Positions 10,063-19,292 of a stretch of DNA of 59,985 bases are shown piece after piece. Source of the stretch: Bacilli bacterium. Lineage in GTDB: Bacteria; Bacillota_I; Bacilli_A; RFN20; CAG-826. A program made the position numbers and the translations under genes. The notes under the pieces were generated by a model, which saw nothing but the letters and a program-made list of their open reading frames with translations, made no database searches and was not told the DNA's origin. The stretch spans positions 1 through 59,985 of the forward strand of contig JAILIV010000008.1 in the NCBI GenBank assembly GCA_024695105.1. Reading direction: 5' to 3'. Within the stretch, counting starts at the first letter, position 1. Every line of letters starts with the position of its first letter.

Positions 10063-10806
10063 TTAGTGGTGGTAGAGGACTTGTACGCGGTAGGCGCCGC
10101 TTTCTTGACGCATCTCCTCTAGGAATTCCGCGTACTTGAAGGTGCCTTTTTTCGCGAGGGCACGGAAGGTGATCTGCACTTGGTCTTCACCCGCATCGAC
10201 GACTTTTTCGGTGAAAAGGTTGCTGGCGATGCATTCGTATTTTTCGCAAATCTCCAAGATTTTGGAGACCATGGGGACATTGCTGGGACCGATGAGGACG
10301 AGGGTGGGATTGCGTAAGGCGAGGCGTTGTTCGAATTTGCGGAGGCCAAGCAACACGCCCATGACGATCACGGTGGCGGAGATGGCCAAGATGAAGTTCA
10401 TCGAGCCACAGGCCAAGCCGATGGCCATGGAGAGCCAAATGGTCCCGGCGGTGGTGAGGCCTTTGGTCCCGGCGTTGCGGTAGATGATGGCGCCTGCGCC
10501 AAGGAAGCCGACGCCCGAGATGACTTGGGCCGCCAAACGGGCCACGTCGCGGGTGACGCCTTCCTGATTGGGAAAGCCATAGATGGAGATGACCATGACG
10601 ATGCAGCTACCCATGCCAACGAGTAGGTGCGTACGAAGGCCGGCGCTGCGTCCGCGGATCTCACGTTCCAAACCGATGGCGCCGCATAGCAACAAGGCAA
10701 GGAAAAGCGAGATGATGGTCAACACGAAATTTCCGATGGGCCAACCATTGATTTGCCAGGAATTGAAGATCTCGGCTATTTTTTGGTCAATCGTCGTAAA
10801 CATCAA
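10063..10806 (-). CDS. MgtC/SapB family protein
   Basis: IGLERE...AGLRTH...RLAAQVISGVGFLGAG signature. Confidence 0.93.
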   Translation of the reverse strand: MMFTTIDQKIAEIFNSWQINGWPIGNFVLTIISLFLALLLCGAIGLEREIRGRSAGLRTHLLVGMGSCIVMVISIYGFPNQEGVTRDVARLAAQVISGVGFLGAGAIIYRNAGTKGLTTAGTIWLSMAIGLACGSMNFILAISATVIVMGVLLGLRKFEQRLALRNPTLVLIGPSNVPMVSKILEICEKYECIASNLFTEKVVDAGEDQVQITFRALAKKGTFKYAEFLEEMRQESGAYRVQVLYHH

Positions 10807-10944
10807 TTCTTATGATAGTCCAAAGGGCGCTTTATTCCTAGTCACCTTTACACGTCATACGCGCGAAGGCGCAATTCCGTGTGTTCGTGTGTTTTCTAAC
10901 GCGAGCGGGAAAGATAGAATAGTTGCGTTGTAAGGAAGAAAGCC

Positions 10945-12591
10945 ATGGAAGAAATCAATAATTTTATCAAAACCATCATGGAGAAGGACTTGGAGGAAGG
11001 GCGCGTCAAGCAGATCGTCACCCGCTTCCCTCCCGAGCCCAACGCCTATTTGCATATCGGCCACGCCCGCGCCATCGTCAACGACTTCGAATTGGCTCAG
11101 GCTTTTGGCGGATATACCAATCTCCGCTTCGATGACACCAACCCCGTCAATGAAGGGGCGGAATACGTTGGCGCGATCCTCGAGGATCTGAAGTGGCTCG
11201 GTTATACGCCGAAAAACGTTTTCTTCGGCAGCGACTATTTCGAGAAGACCTACGAGAAGGCCGTTCTCCTCATCAAGAAGGGCCTTGCCTATGTGGATGA
11301 TCTTTCTCCGGAAGAGACGACCGAATACCGTGGCACTTTGACCGAGCCGGGCAAGGAATCCCCGTGGCGTAACCGTAGTGTCGAGGAGAACCTTGATTTA
11401 TTCGAGAGGATGCGCAAGGGCGAATTCGGCAATGGCGAAAAGACGCTACGCGCCAAGATCGACATGTCTTCCAGCAACATCAATATGCGCGACCCCGTCA
11501 TGTACCGCATTTTGCACGTCCCTCATCACCGTCAGGGGAACAAGTGGTGCATTTACCCCATGTATGACTTCGCCCACCCCCTTCAGGACTCTTTCGAAGG
11601 GGTGACTCATTCCCTCTGCTCGTTGGAATACGATAACCATCGTCCTTTGTACGATTGGTTCATCGAGAAGTGTGAGATGGAGCACGTCCCGCATCAGTAT
11701 GAGTGGGGCCGTCTCAACATCACCAACACGATCATGAGCAAACGCTACCTCCGTCAATTGGTGGAAGGTCATTACGTTACCGGCTATGACGATCCGCGTA
11801 TGCCGACTTTGGTGGGCTTGAAGCGCCGTGGGTTCACCGCGGAAGCCATTAAGGCCTTCATCCTTTACACCGGTTTGTCCCGTATCAACTCCACGACGGA
11901 AGCGGATAACCTCGACCATTTCCTCCGCGAAGACCAAAAGCTCAAGGCCAAGCGCCCAATGGCGGTCCTTCATCCGTTGAAGTTGGTCATCGATAACTAT
12001 CCGGAAGGCAAGGTTGAATACCTGCCCGCGCCCAATAACGTCGAAAACGAGGAACTCGGCACCCGCGAGATTGCCTTTGGACGGGAAATCTACATTGAGC
12101 GGGAAGACTTCATCGAGGTGAAACCCAACAAGAAGTGGAAGAGGCTTTGCCTTGGCGAGGAAGTCCGTTTGATGAACGCCTACTTTGTCCGCGCCGAAAG
12201 CGTGGAAAAAGACGAAGAGGGGAACATCGTCTTGGTGCATTGCACCTATGACCCCGAAACCCGTTCGGGCAATTCCTTCGAAGGCCGTAAACCGAACGGA
12301 ACGATCCACTATGTGGAAGCAAGCACCGCCTTGCCCGCGACGTTTAACCTCTATGAGCCGCTGATCTTCGATGAGACGGAAGAGACCAAGGGCCTTTCCT
12401 TCTTGGAGCGTCTTAACCCGAACTCCTGGAACAAATGCGAAGGTTTCGTGGAAGGTAGTTTGGCCTCCACTAAGCCACTAGACCACTTCCAATTCATTCG
12501 CAATGGCTACTTCTGCACCGACAAGGAATCCCAGGAAGGGCATTTGGTTTTCAATTGCACGTGTCCCTTAAAATCTTCGTTCGCGAAATAA
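10945..12591 (+). CDS. glnS: Glutamine--tRNA ligase
   Basis: TRFPPEPNAYLHIGHA, RFDDTNP, CIYPMYDFAH, MSKR and FQFIRNGYF motifs. Confidence 0.96.
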   Translation: MEEINNFIKTIMEKDLEEGRVKQIVTRFPPEPNAYLHIGHARAIVNDFELAQAFGGYTNLRFDDTNPVNEGAEYVGAILEDLKWLGYTPKNVFFGSDYFEKTYEKAVLLIKKGLAYVDDLSPEETTEYRGTLTEPGKESPWRNRSVEENLDLFERMRKGEFGNGEKTLRAKIDMSSSNINMRDPVMYRILHVPHHRQGNKWCIYPMYDFAHPLQDSFEGVTHSLCSLEYDNHRPLYDWFIEKCEMEHVPHQYEWGRLNITNTIMSKRYLRQLVEGHYVTGYDDPRMPTLVGLKRRGFTAEAIKAFILYTGLSRINSTTEADNLDHFLREDQKLKAKRPMAVLHPLKLVIDNYPEGKVEYLPAPNNVENEELGTREIAFGREIYIEREDFIEVKPNKKWKRLCLGEEVRLMNAYFVRAESVEKDEEGNIVLVHCTYDPETRSGNSFEGRKPNGTIHYVEASTALPATFNLYEPLIFDETEETKGLSFLERLNPNSWNKCEGFVEGSLASTKPLDHFQFIRNGYFCTDKESQEGHLVFNCTCPLKSSFAK

Positions 12592-13056
12592 ATGGCCGAT
12601 ACGATGCGCGACGTTTTCCTTTATTACAGCCACACCGGTTCGACCGAGGTGGTGGCGAAGAAACTAGAAGAAACAGGGGTGGAGACGCGAAAAGTCCGCC
12701 CGTTGAAAGAGTTACCCAAGTCCTTCTTTTGGAGCGTCATGACGGGTGGCTTTTTGGCCGGGCTAGGCGTGAAGTCGAAGCTTTCGGTATTCGATGACGA
12801 CCTCTCCGGATATGATCGCGTCTTCATCGGAGGGCCGATCTGGAACGATCGTTTGTCTTGCCCCATCAATGGGCTTTTGGCCCGTTTGGACTTGAAGGGC
12901 AAAAAGGTCGTTTTCCTTTTGTGCTCTGGCAGCGGTAAAGCGGGAAAGGCGACGTCTTGGATCCAAAAGCATTTCCCCGAGGCCGAGGTGTTGGTCTTCA
13001 AGGAACCGAAGAAGTACCCTGAGGAATTAGAAAAGCTCCAGGTTCTTTATGAATAA
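12592..13056 (+). CDS. Flavodoxin-like protein
   Basis: YYSHTGSTEVVA FMN-binding loop; YDRVFIGGPIW. Confidence 0.8.
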   Translation: MADTMRDVFLYYSHTGSTEVVAKKLEETGVETRKVRPLKELPKSFFWSVMTGGFLAGLGVKSKLSVFDDDLSGYDRVFIGGPIWNDRLSCPINGLLARLDLKGKKVVFLLCSGSGKAGKATSWIQKHFPEAEVLVFKEPKKYPEELEKLQVLYE

Positions 13057-13732
13057 GGACTACGAAACGTTGGCCGCGTTTTGGGACGCGGCATTCCAAG
13101 ACGATGGCTTCGAGCAGGCCTTTCCTTTGGAAAACCCCGAGGAGTTGGCCCCCTCTCCGAAACTTGCCGAGGCCTTAAAAGGGTTTCGCGATTGTAAGCG
13201 CGTTTTGGATTATGGGTGTGGCAATGGCTGGGCATCGATTATCATGGCTCGTAGCGGTGCCAAGGACATCACTTCCGTCGACGTGTCTCCCAACGCGATT
13301 ACCTTGCTACAAAAGACGGCTACCGCCTTCTCCTGCGCGGATCGAATCGAAGGGGAGGTCATCTCTCCGGATTGGCTTTGCGGCGTGGAGTCGGATACCT
13401 TTGATGGGCTCTTCAGTTCCAACGTGCTTGACGTCGTTCCGTTAGAGATGGCCGAAAAGATCATCGAGGAGTGCGCCCGGGTATGCAAAAGTGGGGCCCG
13501 CGTAGTCTTCTCCTTTAATTTTTACATGGACCCTGAAACGATGGCTAAGCGGGGATTCGAAGTGCGAGGACGCAACGTCTACTCTCAGGGCGTGTTGCGT
13601 CTGGTGGCACTCCAAGATGATGAGTGGAAACAGCGGTTTGATGGCCATTTCGTCGTGGAGTCATTGGATTATTTCGCTTGGCCGGGCGAGGCAAAAGAGA
13701 CCCGAAGGTTATTCGTTTTACGCAAGGTTTAA
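13049..13732 (+). CDS. Class I SAM-dependent methyltransferase
   Basis: VLDYGCGNG motif I; overlaps the stop of the upstream gene. Confidence 0.88.
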   Translation: MNKDYETLAAFWDAAFQDDGFEQAFPLENPEELAPSPKLAEALKGFRDCKRVLDYGCGNGWASIIMARSGAKDITSVDVSPNAITLLQKTATAFSCADRIEGEVISPDWLCGVESDTFDGLFSSNVLDVVPLEMAEKIIEECARVCKSGARVVFSFNFYMDPETMAKRGFEVRGRNVYSQGVLRLVALQDDEWKQRFDGHFVVESLDYFAWPGEAKETRRLFVLRKV

Positions 13733-13819
13733 TTGCGCATTTCGCGCCGATTTGCGAAGAAAAACGCTCTTTTTGCCATATTTTGCGCCAAAGGGGATTC
13801 GCTTTGTCAGGAAAAAACC

Positions 13820-13849
13820 TTCACGCGTGCCAGCGCCTTGCGCTATACT
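13820..13849 (+). promoter_or_regulatory. Sigma-A-type promoter for the ncRNA/RT-LRR unit
   Basis: TTCACG-18 nt-TATACT; predicted +1 at ~13856 coincides with the first base of the inverted repeat. Confidence 0.55.
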
Positions 13850-13855
13850 TTCTTT

Positions 13856-13947
13856 GGTGGTTAGCATTTCTTAATTGAAAGCCTCAGCAAGCGTCTTCGG
13901 TACGTCCTACCGCTTAGAGGTTGGGTTCTGTTTCCATAGTAACCACC
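13856..13947 (+). ncRNA. Putative retron msr-msd-like RNA
   Basis: Terminal 8-bp inverted repeat GGTGGTTA (13856-63)/TAACCACC (13940-47); unpaired G13864 in a TTAGC context and G-TAA on the 3' arm, as in retron Ec86; internal hairpins TTTC-ttaatt-GAAA and a cUUCGg loop; directly upstream of a retron-like RT. Confidence 0.6.
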
Positions 13948-13969
13948 TTTTTTTAAAGGAAGAGTGCGT

Positions 13970-16900
13970 ATGGCTGGTCATTATGCTCCCAAAAAACCAA
14001 CGGATCCGTTGGTGCGTCTGAAATCCCGTTTGGAGGGCTTCATTGACAGTCCAGACCGCTACGTATATAGCTTCGAGATTCGGGAGAAAACCCGCACTCG
14101 TAGCATTTTGACCTACAACAAGGCCAGTGATTTTGGTATGCGGTTGAGGAGGGATCACGAGCAGTTGCTCGAGGCCTTTATGGTGAATTTCGCTGCGCGG
14201 AATCCCCATTCGTTCGCCTACCATAAATCCATTTGCTGCCGCGATGCCCTTACGGATCACCTTCGTTCCACCCATTTCATCAAGTTGGACATCCATCACT
14301 TTTTCGAAAGTATCTCCCCCGAGCTTTTCTTTGCCCATTACGGCGAGCGGTTCAACCCTCTTTGGAAAGGGTTGCTCCAAGGATGCTTTTATAAAGACGC
14401 CTTGAGCATTGGCTTTGTGACTTCCCCCGCATTAAGCGATTTCTATATGGGTAAGTTCGACGAGGCGATGGAACAAAAAATCCGGAACAACCCCAGACTT
14501 CATTATTCCCGTTATTGCGACGACATCCTTCTTTCCAGCGAGGAAGAGGGGAAAGAAACCTTGGATGCCCTATTCGAGGAGACCGTCGCGTTATTGGGCG
14601 AATTTGGCCTTTCCCTGAACGAGAAGAAGACCTCCCGGGTCAGCTTGTCGCTAGAGAAACACAATTCCATCTCCTTCCTTGGGCTGAACCTTTCCAAGAA
14701 AAACGAAGTCGACAACAAAGTCACCATCTCCAAACGTTATATCCTTTTCCTCCTTTTCCTCATCGAGAAGAACCGGAGATACGATGGCGGATGCCAAGGG
14801 CTGGTGAACGAAATCAATTCGCGCGTGGCCTATTTGGCGTATAACTCGCCCGTTTCCTTCGCCCGTTTCCAAAAGAAGCATGTCAACCGTTATGGCGTTA
14901 CCTATGACTTCGTTCCCAAAGAGGCCAAGGAGCGCCATGTTTCCCATACCGCGGAGCAGATCACGGGTTGGGAGGAATACGCCAATCAGTTCAAGATGAA
15001 CATCCACGCCAACATCGTCAGTGGCGTGACGGACAAACTCATCATGCGCGATGGGATCGAAATCGAGAAATACATTGGGAAAGAGAAAGAAGTCCGCATC
15101 CCCGATTTCGTCCATAGCATCGCCAAAGGCGCCTTCGAGCGTTCTTCCGTCCGCAAGGTAATTTTGAACAAACGTCTGAAAAACATCGGCAATGATGCGT
15201 TCTCCACTTGCCCCGAGCTAGAGGAAGTGGTGATGTCGGAATCCCTTCAATCCGTGGGTATGTTGGCGTTTAGGGATTGCCCCAAACTCCGTAGGATTTC
15301 CTTCCCTGCGACGTTAAAAGAACTTGGTTCCGGGGCCTTCCGCGACTGCGATTCATTGGAATCCGTGGATTTAAGCCAAACCGCCATCGTCACGCTGGCC
15401 CATGCGTTTAAGGAATGTCCCTCCCTTAAGGAAGTGCGCCTCCCGCAAACGTTAACTTCTATCGACCTTTATTGCTTCGAACGTTGCGTCAACCTTAAGG
15501 AAATCAACCTTCCCGATTCGTTGGAACGTCTGGGCGCCTCCGTGTTTGAGGCTTGCCATAGTTTGCGTGAGGTGGCTCTTCCCGAAAAACTGCTTGGCAT
15601 GGATGACCGTGTCTTCTATGGCTGCCACCATTTGCGGAAAGTAACGGTGGGCAAAAGCCTCGTGAGCATTCCCGTCGACGCCTTCGGTTCGTGCGAAGCG
15701 TTGAGGGAACTCATCGTCAGCCCCGATAATCTCGAATACGAAGTAGTGGATCGGTGCCTTTTGGAGCGCCATAGCAAAACCCTCGTCTTCCCTCTCCCTG
15801 GCGTGGACAAGATTCCGTCGAAAGCCAAAGCCATTGGTCCTGGCGCTTTCCGCGGTCGCGCTTTGCGTTCCATCGTCGTGCCCGAGGGCGTGACATCCAT
15901 TGGGGCGAACGCCTTTTCCAGCAACCCGTTGCTTGAAAAAGTCACGCTGCCTGAATCCTTAACCCTTCTTTCCAAGCAGGCTTTCATGGATTGCGTGAGT
16001 TTAAAGGAAATTGTTTTGCCCAAAGGGATCACCTTCTTGGCCGCCTCTTTGTTCGAAGGGTGCTTCCGCCTCGCCTCGGTTCAATGCCAAGGACCCATCA
16101 CCCACATTGGCGAGCGTGTGTTCGCCGGCGCTTCTTCTTTGGAGAGTTTCGCCATTCCCGAGACGGTGGAGTTCATCGGCTACCGCGCCTTTGCCAACAC
16201 TCACCTTCGTGAAGTGCGCATCCCCGCTGGCGTGCGTGAAATCCGCCCCTTTGCCTTTGCAGGATGCCAAAATTCCATCACGCGGTTCGAAGTGGACCCG
16301 TTAAATACCATTTACGATAGCCGCGATGGCTGCAACGCCTTGATTCGGAAGAAACACACCGTGCTGCTTTTTGGCTGCGCGAAGAGTTTCATTCCAAGCG
16401 GCGTGATCACCATCGCCCCTGGCGCCTTCGCGGATTGCCATGGCTTAAAGGGGGCGGTGGAAGGATTGCACGTCACGGTTATCGGCGCCCGCGCCTTCAT
16501 GGGCTGCGATAACGTGGAGAAGATGTGGTTCCCCGAGTTGCAACGCCTAGGAGACAAAGCCTGCTATGGCATGGAGCGGTTGGAGGAATTCAACCTCTAC
16601 GATTCGCTCGTGTCCATCGGCGGCGAGTGTTTTTCCAATTGCCAGAGCCTCGCTTCCGTCCGCATTCCTTCTTCCCTTGCTTCCATCGGGGGGCAGACGT
16701 TCCAGAATTGTCGTGCTCTCACCGAGATTTCGTTGGGCAACTTCTCCATCTCCTTAGATCCAAAGCTATTCACGGGTTGCGTGAGTCTGCGGAAAATCGT
16801 TTTCGAAGGCGAGCATCCGTCCTATCTGCCCAACAACAACAACCTGTTGATCGAACGGCGTAACAAACAAGTCGTCTTCGCCGTCCACGGGGTCGAGACG

Positions 16901-19225
16901 ATTCCCGAAGGCGTGTTGGGCCTCCATCCCAAATGCTTCATCTCCGGCGCCGACATCAAACGTTTGGTCTTGCCTTCCACCCTTCAATCCTTCCCACAAC
17001 TTCGGAACCTTCGGAATCTGGAAGAGGTGGTATTCCCCGAGGAGTTGCCAGGTCTCATTTCCGGTTACGTCCTTTCTCTCGCCCATTGCGTGAGCCTGAA
17101 GCGCTTTGTCTTCCCATCATATGGGGATAAGGGTTTCTACGATGATCGGCTCATTCCGGCCCAGTGGCATCTTGGGTCGATGTTCGAAGGGTGCGTCAAC
17201 TTGGAGGAAGTCGTTCTTCCCGAGGGTATTGAGGTCATCCAAGACCGCGCATTCCAGGGATGTAGCAACCTCAAATCCATCCGCATTCCTTCCAGCGTCC
17301 GCCTAATCGGTGAACGTGCGTTCTATGACTGCGCCAACCTGGAGGAAGTCGTTTTGCCTTCTTCTTTGGAGAAAATCGGCTCCCTGGCCTTCGCGGGATG
17401 CAAAAAGTTGGCGTCCTGCGTTTTGCCCGAAACGGTGAAGGAGATCGGCAATTTCGCCTTCTTTGAGACGGCGATCCCCGAAGTCGTCATTCCCCCTAGC
17501 GTGCAGAAGTTTGGCCGCGCGGTGTTCGCGTGGGGCCAACTAAAGTCCATCAAAGTGGAACCGGGCATCGTTTCCTTCTACCATGACGTCGACGGACGTT
17601 ATCTGATCCAGGACGAAAACGGTCTATTGCTCGTTGCCTGCGGAAACGAAGTGCCCGAAGGAACCAAAGCCATTTCTTCGTTGACCTATTCCCATAACGA
17701 AAGCATCACGGAGCTTAAGGTCCCCGAGGGCGTCACGTCTATCCATTCGGACGCTTTCTCGGGATGCGAAAACCTTCGTAGCGTATCGTTGCCTTCTTCG
17801 TTGAAGACCATCGCCCCTTCCGCGTTTGCCTCTTGTGAAAAGCTGGAGGAAGTGTCCTTCGGCAATCAATTGGAGAGCATTGGACATCACGCGTTCGTGG
17901 ATTGCGCAAGCCTTAGGGAACTTCAGTTCCCAGAATCGCTTCAAAGCGTGGATGCCTCCGCCTTCTCCGGATGTTTGTCCTTGCGGAAAGCCGCCTTGCC
18001 GCGGGGCGTGCGGTATATCGGCGCGAAGGTATTCAATTCCTGCCCCTTGCAGTCTCTCTACGTTTATAAGGAGTGGGACCTTGACGTCGCGCGTTCGAAT
18101 TCCTTTGAAGGAATCGCTAACCCTGCGCGAGAGATCATCGTGGAAAAAGGCAACCCCATATACCACGATGGCAATGGCAGCAACGTTCTTTGCTTCGGAA
18201 GCAAATTGATTCTTGGTTCCGAAAAGGGAAGCATTCCCGAAGGAACCACGATCATCGGGGATTCCGCCTTTGCGGGGTGCAAGGCGATTTCCTCCATCGC
18301 CTTCCCCAAGAGCCTTGAACGGATCGCCGGTTCCGCCTTTGCGGGGACCAACCTTAAGGAAATCGTTTTGAACGAAGGGCTCTTCATGATTGGGGATAAA
18401 GCATTCGACGGTAGCCCATTGCTCACGTCGGTTTCCATACCCTCCACCGTGAAAGAGATCTCGCGTAGCGCCTTCGGCAACTGCCCAAGCTTAAAGCATC
18501 TTTCCGTGAAGGAAGGAAATCCATGGTTTTCTTCACGCAACGAGACGATTTACGGTCCCGACCAAGGGACGCTGCAACTTGGTTGCGCAGGATCGAGCAT
18601 CGACGAAAAGACGGAGCGGATTTCCCCCTGCGCCTTCCTATACGTTCCTTTGGAGGAGATCCATATCCCCTTCACCGTCGCCAAGCTTGCCGAGAATTCG
18701 TTCGACGCCCGCGCCACGAAGCGCGTCACCATCGATGCCAAGAACCCGTATTACAACAGCGTGGACGCCGAAAACGGCATCGTATCCACCCGCGAGCATA
18801 AACTTCTTTGGGCTTGCGCGGAAACCAAGATGAAGGAGGGGCTGAAAGCCATCGGCGGAAGCGCCTTCTCCAGGGTTTCCAACGCGGGAGAATTGGTCTT
18901 ACCCGCATCCGTGACTTACGTTGCGCGAGACGCGTTTGGATATGGTCCCGACATTTCCTCCATTACCGTGGAGGAGGGGAACCCCGTCTTTGATAGCCGC
19001 GATGGATGCAACGCCCTGATCATCACCCGCATCAACAAGGCGATGCTAACCTGTAAGCAGACGAAACTTCCGGAAGGGGTTGAACTTCTTTCGGAAATCG
19101 TCCAGCCGGAGGAGCCTGGTCATTCGCTGTCATTGAGTTGGAGTTTGGATGAGCGTGAGCAACTGTTCCGTAGTTTAAGCGTTGGCGGAGAACGCCTTGC
19201 CAATCCAAGCGATCTGCCATTCTAA
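13970..19225 (+). CDS. Retron-like reverse transcriptase fused to a long BspA/LRR_5 leucine-rich-repeat region
   Basis: N-terminal RT motifs SFAYHKS, DHLRSTHFIKLDIHHFFESI, LSIGFVTSP, YSRYCDD (YCDD at 14513-14524) and SFLGL; from ~15090 onward dozens of 'L..v.lP..l..Ig..AF..C' repeats; AAAGGA RBS; no signal peptide. Confidence 0.9.
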   Translation: MAGHYAPKKPTDPLVRLKSRLEGFIDSPDRYVYSFEIREKTRTRSILTYNKASDFGMRLRRDHEQLLEAFMVNFAARNPHSFAYHKSICCRDALTDHLRSTHFIKLDIHHFFESISPELFFAHYGERFNPLWKGLLQGCFYKDALSIGFVTSPALSDFYMGKFDEAMEQKIRNNPRLHYSRYCDDILLSSEEEGKETLDALFEETVALLGEFGLSLNEKKTSRVSLSLEKHNSISFLGLNLSKKNEVDNKVTISKRYILFLLFLIEKNRRYDGGCQGLVNEINSRVAYLAYNSPVSFARFQKKHVNRYGVTYDFVPKEAKERHVSHTAEQITGWEEYANQFKMNIHANIVSGVTDKLIMRDGIEIEKYIGKEKEVRIPDFVHSIAKGAFERSSVRKVILNKRLKNIGNDAFSTCPELEEVVMSESLQSVGMLAFRDCPKLRRISFPATLKELGSGAFRDCDSLESVDLSQTAIVTLAHAFKECPSLKEVRLPQTLTSIDLYCFERCVNLKEINLPDSLERLGASVFEACHSLREVALPEKLLGMDDRVFYGCHHLRKVTVGKSLVSIPVDAFGSCEALRELIVSPDNLEYEVVDRCLLERHSKTLVFPLPGVDKIPSKAKAIGPGAFRGRALRSIVVPEGVTSIGANAFSSNPLLEKVTLPESLTLLSKQAFMDCVSLKEIVLPKGITFLAASLFEGCFRLASVQCQGPITHIGERVFAGASSLESFAIPETVEFIGYRAFANTHLREVRIPAGVREIRPFAFAGCQNSITRFEVDPLNTIYDSRDGCNALIRKKHTVLLFGCAKSFIPSGVITIAPGAFADCHGLKGAVEGLHVTVIGARAFMGCDNVEKMWFPELQRLGDKACYGMERLEEFNLYDSLVSIGGECFSNCQSLASVRIPSSLASIGGQTFQNCRALTEISLGNFSISLDPKLFTGCVSLRKIVFEGEHPSYLPNNNNLLIERRNKQVVFAVHGVETIPEGVLGLHPKCFISGADIKRLVLPSTLQSFPQLRNLRNLEEVVFPEELPGLISGYVLSLAHCVSLKRFVFPSYGDKGFYDDRLIPAQWHLGSMFEGCVNLEEVVLPEGIEVIQDRAFQGCSNLKSIRIPSSVRLIGERAFYDCANLEEVVLPSSLEKIGSLAFAGCKKLASCVLPETVKEIGNFAFFETAIPEVVIPPSVQKFGRAVFAWGQLKSIKVEPGIVSFYHDVDGRYLIQDENGLLLVACGNEVPEGTKAISSLTYSHNESITELKVPEGVTSIHSDAFSGCENLRSVSLPSSLKTIAPSAFASCEKLEEVSFGNQLESIGHHAFVDCASLRELQFPESLQSVDASAFSGCLSLRKAALPRGVRYIGAKVFNSCPLQSLYVYKEWDLDVARSNSFEGIANPAREIIVEKGNPIYHDGNGSNVLCFGSKLILGSEKGSIPEGTTIIGDSAFAGCKAISSIAFPKSLERIAGSAFAGTNLKEIVLNEGLFMIGDKAFDGSPLLTSVSIPSTVKEISRSAFGNCPSLKHLSVKEGNPWFSSRNETIYGPDQGTLQLGCAGSSIDEKTERISPCAFLYVPLEEIHIPFTVAKLAENSFDARATKRVTIDAKNPYYNSVDAENGIVSTREHKLLWACAETKMKEGLKAIGGSAFSRVSNAGELVLPASVTYVARDAFGYGPDISSITVEEGNPVFDSRDGCNALIITRINKAMLTCKQTKLPEGVELLSEIVQPEEPGHSLSLSWSLDEREQLFRSLSVGGERLANPSDLPF

Positions 19226-19233
19226 CAATTATG

Positions 19234-19270
19234 AAAATAGCGGCGCTTTGCAATGAACGCCGCTTTCTTT
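19234..19270. terminator. Bidirectional terminator between RT-LRR and TIR-LRR
   Basis: AGCGGCG (19239-45)/CGCCGCT (19258-64) stem with an A-run before and a T-run after. Confidence 0.65.
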
Positions 19271-19292
19271 TTCGCCTGGTTTTGCGCTGATT

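Noticed and set aside
16316-19020. RT plus a 27/29-nt repeat pair as a diversity-generating retroelement (TR/VR)
   Set aside because: The repeat is too short, both copies are in-frame LRR inserts, the mismatches (C/A, T/C) are not adenine-specific, and no avd-like gene is present.
13970-19290. RT as a group II intron-encoded protein
   Set aside because: No maturase X or endonuclease domain, no domain V/VI-like sequence after the ORF, and no interrupted host gene. The motifs are retron-like.
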